From Promethearchaeota archaeon (GTDB lineage: Archaea; Asgardarchaeota; Lokiarchaeia; Sigyniarchaeales; SOKP01), in NCBI GenBank assembly GCA_016930515.1, contig JAFGGO010000074.1, positions 1-64,000 on the forward strand: a DNA stretch of 64,000 nt. Reading direction: 5' to 3'. Shown in pieces: positions 41,959 through 51,755 of the stretch. A program made the position numbers and the translations under genes. The notes under the pieces were generated by a model. That model did not search any database. It had not been told where the DNA came from and saw nothing but the letters and a program-made list of their open reading frames with translations. Each line of letters opens with the position of its first letter. Positions within the stretch are counted from its first letter, which is position 1.

Positions 41959-41996
41959 GCAACCAATAAAATCTACTCTCTTTTTTTATTGGTTGC
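41959..41996. promoter_or_regulatory. 13-bp perfect inverted repeat upstream of the por operon
   Basis: GCAACCAATAAAA-N12-TTTTATTGGTTGC; function inferred from position only. Confidence 0.45.
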
Positions 41997-42031
41997 ATTG
42001 GTAATAATATGAAAAATCAAAAAGGAAAAAG

Positions 42032-42619
42032 TTGGAAAAATTGACGGAAAGCGAAAAGATAATTGAAATCTTTTTTCACGGCCGAGGAGGACAAACCGCT
42101 ATAACGGCAAGTTCTCTTTTAGCCGAGATGGCTTATGAAAAGGGATTTAAGGACACGATTGCCATACCAATTATTGGTGCCGAAAGACGAGGCGCTCCAA
42201 TAATGGCTTTCACCAAGATCTCCAAAAATAAGCAAATTAAAACATACGATGGAGTTCGGGACCCAGACTTCATGATAATTTTTGATACTTCCTTGTTGGA
42301 CATTCCTAAAGTAAAAGAAACGATTAAAGAAGGGGTAACCATTATCGTAAATAGTCCTAAACCCATAAATATGGAAGGACTACCCTCAAACATCAAGATT
42401 TTTATTGTTGATGCCACGGGAATCTGTATTAACAGGGGATTCATGCATTCGAGCGGACCAATCCTAAACATACCAATGTTGGGTGCTTTTGGAAAGGTTT
42501 CAGGACATTACGACCTCAATACCGTAGAAACTGTGTTGAAAAGAGAATTTGGTAATTCAAAACTCGAAAAGAATATGAATGTGGCAAGAGACGCATACGA
42601 ATCCGTAAAGGAGGTCTAA
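42032..42619 (+). CDS. porG: Pyruvate/2-oxoacid:ferredoxin oxidoreductase gamma subunit
   Basis: HGRGGQ, GAERRGAP, VDAT, NIPMLGA. Confidence 0.9.
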   Translation: MEKLTESEKIIEIFFHGRGGQTAITASSLLAEMAYEKGFKDTIAIPIIGAERRGAPIMAFTKISKNKQIKTYDGVRDPDFMIIFDTSLLDIPKVKETIKEGVTIIVNSPKPINMEGLPSNIKIFIVDATGICINRGFMHSSGPILNIPMLGAFGKVSGHYDLNTVETVLKREFGNSKLEKNMNVARDAYESVKEV

Positions 42620-42623
42620 ATGA

Positions 42624-42974
42624 ATGTCGGATACTGAAAAATGGAAAGACATAAATAAATCCAGGGAAAAAAGACCCAAGGTTCAAGAATATAAGAACTG
42701 GGAAGAATTGTCGCCCATTCCGATATCCCTACCCATTAAAGGGTCGATGGGTACAACTGGAGATTGGAGAACGTTCAGACCAGTGATAGATCAAGAAAAC
42801 TGCAATAAGTGCGGAATTTGTTGGATGTATTGTCCGGAAGGAACGATTATTAAAAATGAGGATGGTTCCTTTCGAATAGACCTCGTTTATTGCAAGGGAT
42901 GTGGTATTTGCGCAGAAGAATGTCCAACGAAAAACATAGAAATGATAAGAGAGAGTGATGTTTCTCATGATTAA
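42624..42974 (+). CDS. porD: Pyruvate/2-oxoacid:ferredoxin oxidoreductase delta subunit
   Basis: TGDWRTFRP, two CxxCxxCxxxCP motifs. Confidence 0.92.
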   Translation: MSDTEKWKDINKSREKRPKVQEYKNWEELSPIPISLPIKGSMGTTGDWRTFRPVIDQENCNKCGICWMYCPEGTIIKNEDGSFRIDLVYCKGCGICAEECPTKNIEMIRESDVSHD

Positions 42975-44223
42975 AACGCAAAAAGAAATCGAACAAGAAT
43001 TGGAAACGATGATTATAAAAGGAAACGAAGCTGCCGCCTACGCTGCAAAATCTGCAAGAGTGCAAGTAATTAGCGCTTATCCAATTACACCACAAACAAC
43101 TGTCGTCGAAAAATTATCCGAATTTGTGGATCACGGATTAATGCCTGGTACGCAATATATCAAGGTCGAGAGCGAGCATAGTGTCATGGCGTCTGTTGTT
43201 GGAGCTAGCATGGCAGGTACCAGGACATTTACAGCAACATCTGGACAGGGATTGTTCTACATGAATGAAATGCTTCACTGGGCTGCGGGAACGCGCCTTC
43301 CAATAGTCACAGCAATAGCTTCAAGAGGTCCGGCGCCTCCGTGGAATATCTGGGCAGACTTCACGGATGTAATTTCTCAAAGAGATACGGGCTGGATGAG
43401 CTCGTTCTGTGCGAGTCATCAAGAAATTTACGACGAGATACTCATGTCGTACAAATTATGTGAAGATTACGAGGTTTTACTTCCAAAGTTCGTTGCATAT
43501 GGGGGATTTATTTTATCTCATACTTCAAAACCAGTAATTATTGAAGAGCAATCAAAAGTCGATTCTTACTTACCACCACTCCCCGACGAGAAAGGTTGGC
43601 CTCACATATTCGTTGATCCTGAGAGACCAATGATGTTTGGAAATTTGATAATGCCTTCGGGTTTCTATTCGGAGTTTAGAATGAAAATCCATGACACGAT
43701 GATAAAAGCGAAAGAAAAGATTAAGATCGCAGCAAATGAGTTCGAAAAAGTTTTTGGTAGGAGTTACGGAAATGGTTTGATCGAAGAATATAAAATGGAC
43801 GATGCCGAAGTAGGAATGCTTATTTACGGTGATTTAGCCCTTCAAATGGAAGAGGCCGTTGATTTAGTTAGAGAAGAGGGATATAAGGTCGGTATGGTAA
43901 AGTTAAGGCATTTCAGACCGTTCCCAACTGAAGACATTATTGAATCTGCAAAGAAAGTAAGCGTACTTGGAGTAATGGATCGAGCTACTGCATTTGGATC
44001 GCCTACTGGAGGTCCCGTGAGTAGCGAAGTAAAAACAACACTTCACGGTACGGATGTGAACACGATCATTCTTCCAATGATTGGAGGTTTAGGGGGCAGG
44101 GAAGTCACTCTTGAACAACAAAAGGAGCAATTGAAAATCCTCGTTTCCATAAAAGAAACTGGAGAATTACCAAAAGATTTGCTCCACGGCACTCTTTGGC
44201 ACGGGAAATTGGAGGTGGAATAA
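42967..44223 (+). CDS. porA: Pyruvate/2-oxoacid:ferredoxin oxidoreductase alpha subunit
   Basis: GNEA, YPITPQT, VESEHS, TATSGQGL, RPFP. Confidence 0.93.
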   Translation: MIKTQKEIEQELETMIIKGNEAAAYAAKSARVQVISAYPITPQTTVVEKLSEFVDHGLMPGTQYIKVESEHSVMASVVGASMAGTRTFTATSGQGLFYMNEMLHWAAGTRLPIVTAIASRGPAPPWNIWADFTDVISQRDTGWMSSFCASHQEIYDEILMSYKLCEDYEVLLPKFVAYGGFILSHTSKPVIIEEQSKVDSYLPPLPDEKGWPHIFVDPERPMMFGNLIMPSGFYSEFRMKIHDTMIKAKEKIKIAANEFEKVFGRSYGNGLIEEYKMDDAEVGMLIYGDLALQMEEAVDLVREEGYKVGMVKLRHFRPFPTEDIIESAKKVSVLGVMDRATAFGSPTGGPVSSEVKTTLHGTDVNTIILPMIGGLGGREVTLEQQKEQLKILVSIKETGELPKDLLHGTLWHGKLEVE

Positions 44224-44224
44224 A

Positions 44225-45166
44225 TTGGCAAAAATCAAAGAAGTAATAGAAGACGAAATTGGATGTCAAGAATGGTTTCTCCCAGGAAATTCGTGTTGTG
44301 CGGGATGCGGCTTAGAAATTGCGTTAAGATGGGCAATGAAAGCGCTTGGACCTAATACAGCACTTGTTACACCCGCATCTTGCCTTAATGTCGTTATCGG
44401 GCTATGGCCTAAAACAGCACCAAATTTCCCGTTCACCAATATGGCTTTTGCTGCGGGAGCTGCTGCCGCAACGGGCATCTCTGAGGCCTTCAAGGCAAAA
44501 GCAGAGAGGTTTCCAGGCAAGGTTTGGGAAAAAATGACAACACTCGTGTTTGCTGGTGATGGAGGTACAACAGATATCGGAATTCAAGCACTTAGCGGTG
44601 CGGCAGAGAGAAATTCAAACATCATTTACACTTGCTACGATAATGAAGCTTACATGAACACTGGAATTCAGAGGTCATCGAGCACACCACACGGAGCTAA
44701 GACTACAACAACAGTGTTAGGAAAGGAAAGATATAAGAAAAACCTCCCAGCAATCATGGCTGCTCACGAAATCCCATATGTGGCAACATGTTCAATAAGC
44801 GAACCTCTTGATATTTATGAAAAATACAAGAAGGCAAAATCGATAGAAGGTTGTAAGTATATTCATATTTTAGCACCTTGTCCTCCCGGTTGGAATTATC
44901 CCAGCGAGAAAACCGTTGAGCTTGCGAGGTTGGCGGTAAAGACAGGAGTTTGGCCTTTATACGAGATCGAAAATGGGGTCATGACACTGCATAAAAAAAG
45001 TAAATCTTTGCTCAATCCCGAGAAACGATTGCCATTAATTGATTATCTTTCCAAACAGAAAAGATTTGCTGGCATGTCTGAAAAAACGATGATTGAGTTG
45101 CAAGAACACATCGATCGCGATTGGAAGGCAATTGCTAACAAGCTGAAATCCCAAGAAGAAGATTAA
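44225..45166 (+). CDS. porB: Pyruvate/2-oxoacid:ferredoxin oxidoreductase beta subunit
   Basis: CAGCG, GDGGTTDIG, DNEAYMNTGIQRS, PCPPGW. Confidence 0.93.
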   Translation: MAKIKEVIEDEIGCQEWFLPGNSCCAGCGLEIALRWAMKALGPNTALVTPASCLNVVIGLWPKTAPNFPFTNMAFAAGAAAATGISEAFKAKAERFPGKVWEKMTTLVFAGDGGTTDIGIQALSGAAERNSNIIYTCYDNEAYMNTGIQRSSSTPHGAKTTTTVLGKERYKKNLPAIMAAHEIPYVATCSISEPLDIYEKYKKAKSIEGCKYIHILAPCPPGWNYPSEKTVELARLAVKTGVWPLYEIENGVMTLHKKSKSLLNPEKRLPLIDYLSKQKRFAGMSEKTMIELQEHIDRDWKAIANKLKSQEED

Positions 45167-45220
45167 TTTTTAACCTTTTCTTTTATTTTAATAACCATTA
45201 TTATCTTAAAGATAACGACT

Positions 45221-45877
45221 ATGGGTCTCCTGATAAAATTTTCGAAAAATAAAGAGCAAGAACTCGAAACATACATTGATTTAATCGTGGATTACATATT
45301 TCAAGGAAAATTAATTGCTTTTCCAACGAATTCCGTATACGGAATTGGTGGTGATCCTTTCAATGTCGATCTCATAAACAGGATATATGATATTAAATAT
45401 AGAGATCCAAACAAAGGATTTTTACTATTAGTTAGCGATTTAGAGGAAGCTACTAAAATCGCAATATTCAACGATAATGCAAGAAGGATTGCAAAAAAAT
45501 TCTGGCCAGGCCAATTAACTATCATTTTAGAGAAAAATAAAGGCACTTCCTTACCAGCTGAACTCAACGCTTTTCAAGAGACAATTGGGTTAAGGGTTCC
45601 TGAAAACGAGACCATCCTAAGAATCCTTCAGGAGCTGAAAAAAAGGGGAAAACTTGGAGCAATTATAGGTACGTCTGCTAATTTTTCTGGAGAACCTCCT
45701 TCGATTAGCGGAACGGAAGTATCGAAAGCTTTTATGGGAGCAATTGATTTAATCATTGATTCAGGGAAAACCAAATCCAAGATACCAACAACTATTGTTG
45801 ATCTATCGACTAGCTCGGTAAAGATTTTACGTGCTGGCAAGATTTCAGAAGAAGAAATAAGAAAAGCCTTAGATTAA
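45221..45877 (+). CDS. Threonylcarbamoyl-AMP synthase (TsaC/YrdC, no SUA5 C-domain)
   Basis: FPT.SVYGIG, K.R, WPGQLT, GLRVP, TSANFSG, PTTIVD. Confidence 0.9.
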   Translation: MGLLIKFSKNKEQELETYIDLIVDYIFQGKLIAFPTNSVYGIGGDPFNVDLINRIYDIKYRDPNKGFLLLVSDLEEATKIAIFNDNARRIAKKFWPGQLTIILEKNKGTSLPAELNAFQETIGLRVPENETILRILQELKKRGKLGAIIGTSANFSGEPPSISGTEVSKAFMGAIDLIIDSGKTKSKIPTTIVDLSTSSVKILRAGKISEEEIRKALD

Positions 45878-45911
45878 TATTAATTTGTATATTATAAATT
45901 GGTGAAAGAAA

Positions 45912-46442
45912 ATTAATAACTTCAATCTCTTGATATCAACATCAAGGCACAACGAATCAAACGCAAAAGCAGAATTATGGTTTTCACTACTCATGTGTGG
46001 AGATAAATATCCAATAATCTCGAAACTCGAATATTCTGGTCTAATAGCTGCTTTAACAACAATAGATTCCAAGGAGGTGGTTCGTAATTTAGGAAATATT
46101 TTAAATTCTGATCCTATTTTTTTTCAATATATCTTGAAAATCATTCCTATTGATTACATTACGGAAACAGATATTAGCTCCATCACTTCAATAATATCGA
46201 AAAAATACGAAAAATTCATTCCCAGCGAAGAATCATTCAAAATTGAGTTGAATCGAAGGAAAAGTGATATCATTGAGAGACAGAGTTTCATTGACGCTAT
46301 TGCGAGAATAATCAATCGGAGTGTTAATCTCGATGCTCCCGATGTTATTGTTAGGTTTGAAATTTTAGGAAACACCTGTGCTATATCGTTTTTAAAGCGT
46401 AGCGATATTTTAGAAATCGTTAATACCTTTAATCCGTTTTAA
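45912..46442 (+). CDS. THUMP-domain RNA-binding protein, probable ATT start
   Basis: (M)NNFNLLISTSRHNE; LKIIPID, SFKI...RR, VNLDAPDV; ATT 6 nt after GGTGA. Confidence 0.85.
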   Translation: MNNFNLLISTSRHNESNAKAELWFSLLMCGDKYPIISKLEYSGLIAALTTIDSKEVVRNLGNILNSDPIFFQYILKIIPIDYITETDISSITSIISKKYEKFIPSEESFKIELNRRKSDIIERQSFIDAIARIINRSVNLDAPDVIVRFEILGNTCAISFLKRSDILEIVNTFNPF

Positions 46443-47119
46443 TTTCCGCTCGTTTTCTCAATGTTCAGTAAAGACATTTTTTCGCAAATCAAATCATAGA
46501 GCGCCATTGATTTTATTTCCAAATCGGATTTATCTTTTCTTTTAACCCTTTCATAGGAATTTAAAACTACCTTAATTTGTTTATCTGTAACTTCGAAGTA
46601 ATGCTTAATTTCATCAATTTTTTCCACATCATCATATTTAAAAGGGAAGTCAAGCTCCTCTGCATCAATTAAATCGGTTAATTCCTTATTTTTATCAACT
46701 ATATATCCACTTTCTGAAATTATGCAATATGATAATTTGCCCGCTATTAGATCGTCATTTTCAATGCCAAAAGCTTCAACAGCTTGATTAATCTGTCTAT
46801 TTGAAGATAAATAGAGGAGTAGCTCGAGATTTTTCGAATTTGAGATATTAATTCCAGAAGCAAACGCTTTTATCACATGATAACATGCAATAAAGAAATG
46901 ATCTTGACATAAGAGATACTTATCTTTAAAAAATTGGACGGTAGTTTTATCATTGGGTCCTTCCAAATCTTTACAAAGGTTAAATAGATGATTTAGAGCA
47001 TTTTTTTGATTCTTAATGTTAAATTTATTTAAAAAATTTTTGAAGTCTATTCTTATACAATTAATTCCTACAGAATACTCGAGATCAAGCTCTCGATTGT
47101 AAAATTCTTTTATTATCAT
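46439..47119 (-). CDS. cgi121: KEOPS subunit Cgi121-like
   Basis: NISNSKNLELLLYLSSNRQINQAVEAFGI; ATG overlaps the ecfT stop (ATGA). Confidence 0.85.
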   Translation of the reverse strand: MIIKEFYNRELDLEYSVGINCIRIDFKNFLNKFNIKNQKNALNHLFNLCKDLEGPNDKTTVQFFKDKYLLCQDHFFIACYHVIKAFASGINISNSKNLELLLYLSSNRQINQAVEAFGIENDDLIAGKLSYCIISESGYIVDKNKELTDLIDAEELDFPFKYDDVEKIDEIKHYFEVTDKQIKVVLNSYERVKRKDKSDLEIKSMALYDLICEKMSLLNIEKTSGN

Positions 47120-47880
47120 AGTGGGAAACTCCAATTTAGGACGATTAATTGACCAATATTGATTTGTATATAAATAAGAAAGATTAATAGCAAAATTAGG
47201 TATGCAGTAAAAAGCCAATCCATAATTGCATATTTAACGGTAAAGTAATGGGTTCTATTTTTCCTACTACCAAAGGCTCTGGATTCTAGGGCTTCAGCAA
47301 CATTGAAAGCTCTTTTGATTGAACATATTATTAAAGGGACAATTAACGGGAACAAATTTTTTATTTTATTTATCATACCACTTGCTTGTAGTTCATATCC
47401 CCTGCTTTGTTGTGCGTCCTTGATGTTTTCGGCTTCCATTGCTATAGTTGGTATGAATCTAAAAGCTAAAGAAAAAGAAAAAGCGATCTCGTAAGGTATT
47501 TTCATCGATATAAACGATAAAGCCAAATCGTTTGGATCAACCGTTTGGAAGAAAAGCGTGAATGCAGAGAGCATTATTATAATCCTTAAGACCATAAGCA
47601 GGGCAAAATTAAGTGAAAAAAAAAGCGTGTTTATGAGTATGATGAGCACAAATAAGAAATACATGTTTTTAAGATTGGTCAACCACTTTTTTAATTGCTT
47701 GCCAGAGATTACAAGTGGTATCATCGTTAGTAATATTAATAGCAATGGAATGATCTTTAAGAATAGAAAACTAAAAATAGAATAAAATATCGCCATGAGC
47801 AACTTGGAACGAGGATCCAAGCGATGAAGGAAAGTGTCTTTTTTAAGGAATTTAAAAGCTTCTAAGAACATGAGACTCAT
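47116..47880 (-). CDS. ecfT: ECF transporter transmembrane T component
   Basis: LHRLDPRSK, RFIP, AQQSRG, ALESRAF. Confidence 0.92.
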   Translation of the reverse strand: MSLMFLEAFKFLKKDTFLHRLDPRSKLLMAIFYSIFSFLFLKIIPLLLILLTMIPLVISGKQLKKWLTNLKNMYFLFVLIILINTLFFSLNFALLMVLRIIIMLSAFTLFFQTVDPNDLALSFISMKIPYEIAFSFSLAFRFIPTIAMEAENIKDAQQSRGYELQASGMINKIKNLFPLIVPLIICSIKRAFNVAEALESRAFGSRKNRTHYFTVKYAIMDWLFTAYLILLLIFLIYIQINIGQLIVLNWSFPL

Positions 47881-48758
47881 CGGTATTCAAATCTCCTTTT
47901 TTTAAATCGTAAATTTTCTTTTATATATTTGCTCAAGAACAAAATCATCTCATCCTTAGTCTTTATTTCTGTTGAGCACGATATTCCATTAGTGTTTAAT
48001 GCAAGGATAAATTGGAATACTTGTGGTAAGACTAAAGAAGATTTATCAGCTAAAAACGATTTAACGAGAATTTCATGAGTAGGCCCATCAGCCAAGATTT
48101 TTCCATTGGTCATAAGTATAGTACGAGGTATATATTCCATTGCAAATTCGACATTATGAGTGACTATTATAACAGTCTTACCCTTATTTATTTCCTCCTT
48201 GACTACTTTAACAAAAAAAGATATTTCTCTCCTATCTTGTCCTAGTGTTGGTTCATCGAATACAAGGAGTTCTGGATCTCTACATAATATAGACGCAATT
48301 GCTAACTTTTTTGTTTCTCCTCCAGAAAGAGTAAGGGGAGATCGGTTTTTATATTTGTTTAAGGTAAATTGAGATAAAGTTTCTTCTACTCTACTCTCAA
48401 TTTCTTCCTTTCTAAACTTTGAATTTTTTAAGGAAAATCTAATTTCTTCTTCTACCGAGTTTGAAAACAATTGATGATGTGGATTTTGAAACACTAAACC
48501 CACGATATTTGAGAGTTCTGCTATGGATTTATTACGTGAGTTCTCACCATTGAGAAATACATCTCCTTCGGTGGGTTTAATCAAACCGTTTAAAGTTCTA
48601 ATTAAAGTAGTTTTTCCTGCACCATTTTTTCCCATTATTGCTATTAATTCGCCTTTAACTACATTGAGATTAACACCCTGTAAAGCCACTGTACCATTGG
48701 AATATTCGTATTTTACATTTTTCATTATTACAAGTGGCAAGTTTTCGGAAATTGTCAC
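47877..48758 (-). CDS. ECF transporter ATPase
   Basis: GKNGAGKT, FQNP, LSGGE, DEPT.GQD. Confidence 0.92.
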   Translation of the reverse strand: MTISENLPLVIMKNVKYEYSNGTVALQGVNLNVVKGELIAIMGKNGAGKTTLIRTLNGLIKPTEGDVFLNGENSRNKSIAELSNIVGLVFQNPHHQLFSNSVEEEIRFSLKNSKFRKEEIESRVEETLSQFTLNKYKNRSPLTLSGGETKKLAIASILCRDPELLVFDEPTLGQDRREISFFVKVVKEEINKGKTVIIVTHNVEFAMEYIPRTILMTNGKILADGPTHEILVKSFLADKSSLVLPQVFQFILALNTNGISCSTEIKTKDEMILFLSKYIKENLRFKKRRFEYR

Positions 48759-49600
48759 TGCTGGCGAGCCTCCTTTAATAATTTTATTGCTGCTGGAATA
48801 GAGGAAGGAAGTTCTCGACCTAATTCATAATTTTGAGATAATTGTTCAAATATAGAATAAATTACAGGACGATTTATGCATAGAGTTTTAAAATTACAAC
48901 CATTAATCACATCTTTTGCCGCACCGTATTCAATAACTTTACCTTCTTTCATTAAGATTAAGTCATCTGCAAGAGGTAATACGATATCCATTCTATGCTC
49001 GCTGATTATTACGGTCATTTTTTTTTTAACTTGAATCTTTTTCAATAGAATTAAGATTTTTTGGGCTAGACCAGGATCTAATAAAGCAGTTGGTTCGTCA
49101 AGAACTAAAATTTTTGGTTCGAGAGCCAATATAGATGCAATAGCTACTCTTTGTTGCTCCCCCCCACTAAGTTCGAAAGGTGCTTTATCTAAGAGGTGAC
49201 CAATTTCTGTTAATTTAACAACATCGTCTATTTTTTTTTTAATTTGTGGAGCAGGTACTCCCAAATTTTCCAAACCAAATGCAATCTCGTGTTCCACATT
49301 CATTGCAATTAATTGATTTTCTGGATTTTGAAAAACTATGCTTGCAATCGTGGATAACTCCGCAATAGTAAATTCAGTATTGCTTTTTCCGTCTACTTGA
49401 ACGCTTCCTTTATAAAATCCAGGATAGAATTGAGGAATTAAACCGTTCAGGCAACGGATGAGGCTTGTCTTTCCCGAACCTGTTTCCCCGGCCAATAAAA
49501 TAAATCTATCTTGTTCGATCTCTAAATTTACATCGTTTAAAGCATATTCTTCGTTTCCTTTATAACGATAATAAAAACCAGAAAATCGAACTAGAGTCAT
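48755..49600 (-). CDS. ECF transporter ATPase
   Basis: GETGSGKT, FQNPENQ, LSGGEQQR, DEPT. Confidence 0.92.
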   Translation of the reverse strand: MTLVRFSGFYYRYKGNEEYALNDVNLEIEQDRFILLAGETGSGKTSLIRCLNGLIPQFYPGFYKGSVQVDGKSNTEFTIAELSTIASIVFQNPENQLIAMNVEHEIAFGLENLGVPAPQIKKKIDDVVKLTEIGHLLDKAPFELSGGEQQRVAIASILALEPKILVLDEPTALLDPGLAQKILILLKKIQVKKKMTVIISEHRMDIVLPLADDLILMKEGKVIEYGAAKDVINGCNFKTLCINRPVIYSIFEQLSQNYELGRELPSSIPAAIKLLKEARQQ

Positions 49601-49626
49601 TTTCTCACCAAATATGATAATGAATA

Positions 49627-50625
49627 TTATAATTGGTCATTAATTATTTGTTTAATTCTTTTCAATAATGTGTTTTGAGCCATATCGATGTCTTTTATAC
49701 CGGTCATTGAGGCCGCCCCTTCGTGTCCTCCCGCACTTGTTTCTAAGTTTGAAGCGATTTCTTGCATTAATTTCCCAAGGTGTAATCCTATCTTCGTTGT
49801 TATTTCTTTTCTTGCCCTTACAGTCATAATAGGATCCTTTTTTTTCTTTGAAATAACAATGCTAATATCGAATCCTATTGCTATTAAGGTGTTTGCTAGC
49901 ATGCTTTCAAAATTGCTAACACTAGAAAGACCTATTAATACATTTTTCTCTTGAATAAGCTTTAATCTTTGCAGACCTTTAATCCTCGCCATTTTTTCAG
50001 AATATTCTTCTTCAGTTTTCAGCAAAAGATATGCATCTTGAATTTTCAAATCATCGCTAAGGATTGAAGCAACTTTAATCATTGTTTTGTTATTTGCGTA
50101 TTTGAAAAATCCCGAATCGGTCATAATTCCAGACATCATAAGCCATTTCAAGGGTAAAGGAATATCGATATTGTAGGTGAAAAAGAACTCTGAAATAATT
50201 TCAACCGCAGAAGTGTAATCCTCCAGCACGATATTAAGGGATTTTAAGTTATTGGTATTTTTCTCGATATTTAACGGGTGGTGATCTATAAAAATGTGTT
50301 TTGTATCAGAAAGATTAATGCTTTTGATTAAACCGAGATTACTTGTATCAACGATAAGAACTATGTCAATTTTTTCCAAGTTACAGGTTTTTTCAAAACT
50401 AAAATCGTGATCTGGAAATTTTCTTGCCATCCTTTCAAGGAATATTTTTGAAATTCTAGTAAATTCTGGAAAATAAAGTCTTACATCATGAGAAGAATTC
50501 TCTAAGAAATACTTTAATGCAAAACCAGATGCCAGACCGTCAACATCGATGGGTTCGTGAGTTGTTATCAATATACGCTTGTTTTTTAAAAAAGTTAGAA
50601 GATCTTCGAACTTTGAAGTTAACAT
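49627..50625 (-). CDS. DHH/DHHA1-family phosphoesterase (NrnA-like)
   Basis: H...DVD, VDT, IDHH, TDSG.F, GGHEGAA. Confidence 0.9.
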   Translation of the reverse strand: MLTSKFEDLLTFLKNKRILITTHEPIDVDGLASGFALKYFLENSSHDVRLYFPEFTRISKIFLERMARKFPDHDFSFEKTCNLEKIDIVLIVDTSNLGLIKSINLSDTKHIFIDHHPLNIEKNTNNLKSLNIVLEDYTSAVEIISEFFFTYNIDIPLPLKWLMMSGIMTDSGFFKYANNKTMIKVASILSDDLKIQDAYLLLKTEEEYSEKMARIKGLQRLKLIQEKNVLIGLSSVSNFESMLANTLIAIGFDISIVISKKKKDPIMTVRARKEITTKIGLHLGKLMQEIASNLETSAGGHEGAASMTGIKDIDMAQNTLLKRIKQIINDQL

Positions 50626-50635
50626 GTCTATTCAA

Positions 50636-51004
50636 CTATTTTTGTTGAAGATCGGACTGCAAGGACTTTTTCATATTCTCAAGCGTTTGAAGGCTCCTTT
50701 CTTCCTTCTGTTTTACGGTCTTAATACGCATTTCAGTTGATATTTTCAAGCTTTTTTTCTCATCAAGCAATTTATCGCGAGTACTTTTTACTAATATCCC
50801 ACCAATTGACTTGTAAACAGTAGTTTCTGAAGTAGCTTTCTCCAACTCTTCTATAGCTAATTCAGTTTCGTTTTTTTGTGATTGCAAAAAGTCATGGGTA
50901 TTGCGCAGATTTTGCAATTGAATTTGAAGATTTTGAAGGTCAACAATTTTTTTTTTTACATTTTCGGGTAGATTATCATAATTTGCTCCCATATCCATAT
51001 TCAC
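50636..51004 (-). CDS. pfdB: Prefoldin beta subunit
   Basis: Coiled coils flanking VYKSIGGILVK; superoperon context. Confidence 0.92.
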   Translation of the reverse strand: MNMDMGANYDNLPENVKKKIVDLQNLQIQLQNLRNTHDFLQSQKNETELAIEELEKATSETTVYKSIGGILVKSTRDKLLDEKKSLKISTEMRIKTVKQKEERSLQTLENMKKSLQSDLQQK

Positions 51005-51096
51005 ATTTAATCTTTTTTTATGTTATAGTCTTAAATATTTCAAAAAATAAATTCTTTATCATAAATTATAGAATATTTGCCAGATTAAATCAGAGC

Positions 51097-51363
51097 TCAT
51101 TCCTCTTTCAGTTCAACTGTATTGGAAATTATTTTTCCAAGACCAATAATATCGCTTATCGTTGCCCTAAAGGCAGTGATATCAGAACATTCTATGGTAA
51201 AAAAAAGTGAATTTTCTTTTTTTTCCATTTGAACGAAAGACCTTTTTGTTTGAAGCTTCTGAAATTCTGGAAGGAAAGAATTGTAAGAAAAGTCTCTTAC
51301 TTGGGAATCGTTAAATAGCAGTTCAAGAGTTGATTTTATGGTAAAAGCGCTTTTTTTTAGCAT
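51097..51363 (-). CDS. pcc1: KEOPS subunit Pcc1
   Basis: PE...RS...IECSDITAFRAT; between rpl37ae and pfdB. Confidence 0.85.
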   Translation of the reverse strand: MLKKSAFTIKSTLELLFNDSQVRDFSYNSFLPEFQKLQTKRSFVQMEKKENSLFFTIECSDITAFRATISDIIGLGKIISNTVELKEE

Positions 51364-51647
51364 TATTGTTCAATTTCTAATTCGCGTTGTTTACGCTTCG
51401 CAACCCTGTATGACTCTGCGCCTCTAGGTGTTTCAATATAATATGCACCGCCGGTGAAGGTTGCGTCGCATTTCTTACAATGCCAGATTCCTACGGATTT
51501 TCTAAATACATGGCCCTTGGTTTCACAACGAGGACACTTGATATCGCCCTTCGATTTTTCCATTATCAAACGCCATTTTTTTCTTACATTTGAGCCGTAT
51601 CTAGCTTGGAATTTTCCAGAAATTCCAACCTTTTTCGTTTTTCCCAT
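51363..51647 (-). CDS. rpl37ae: Ribosomal protein L37ae (eL43)
   Basis: TKKVGI.GKF.ARYG, CPRC, GIWHCKKC, GGAY. Confidence 0.95.
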   Translation of the reverse strand: MGKTKKVGISGKFQARYGSNVRKKWRLIMEKSKGDIKCPRCETKGHVFRKSVGIWHCKKCDATFTGGAYYIETPRGAESYRVAKRKQRELEIEQ

Positions 51648-51707
51648 AATAATTCACACTCAAGTAATACAGATTGATGTTTATTTAAAAGTAGCATAAA
51701 ATAAAAA

Positions 51708-51730
51708 TTTTGGTGTTGGAACACCAGAAA
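51708..51730 (-). terminator. Short inverted repeat after rrp42, possible terminator or processing hairpin
   Basis: TGGTGTT-GG-AACACCA followed on the minus strand by a T-rich tract. Confidence 0.3.
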
Positions 51731-51755
51731 ACAAAAATTTAATTAATTTAGGGGT

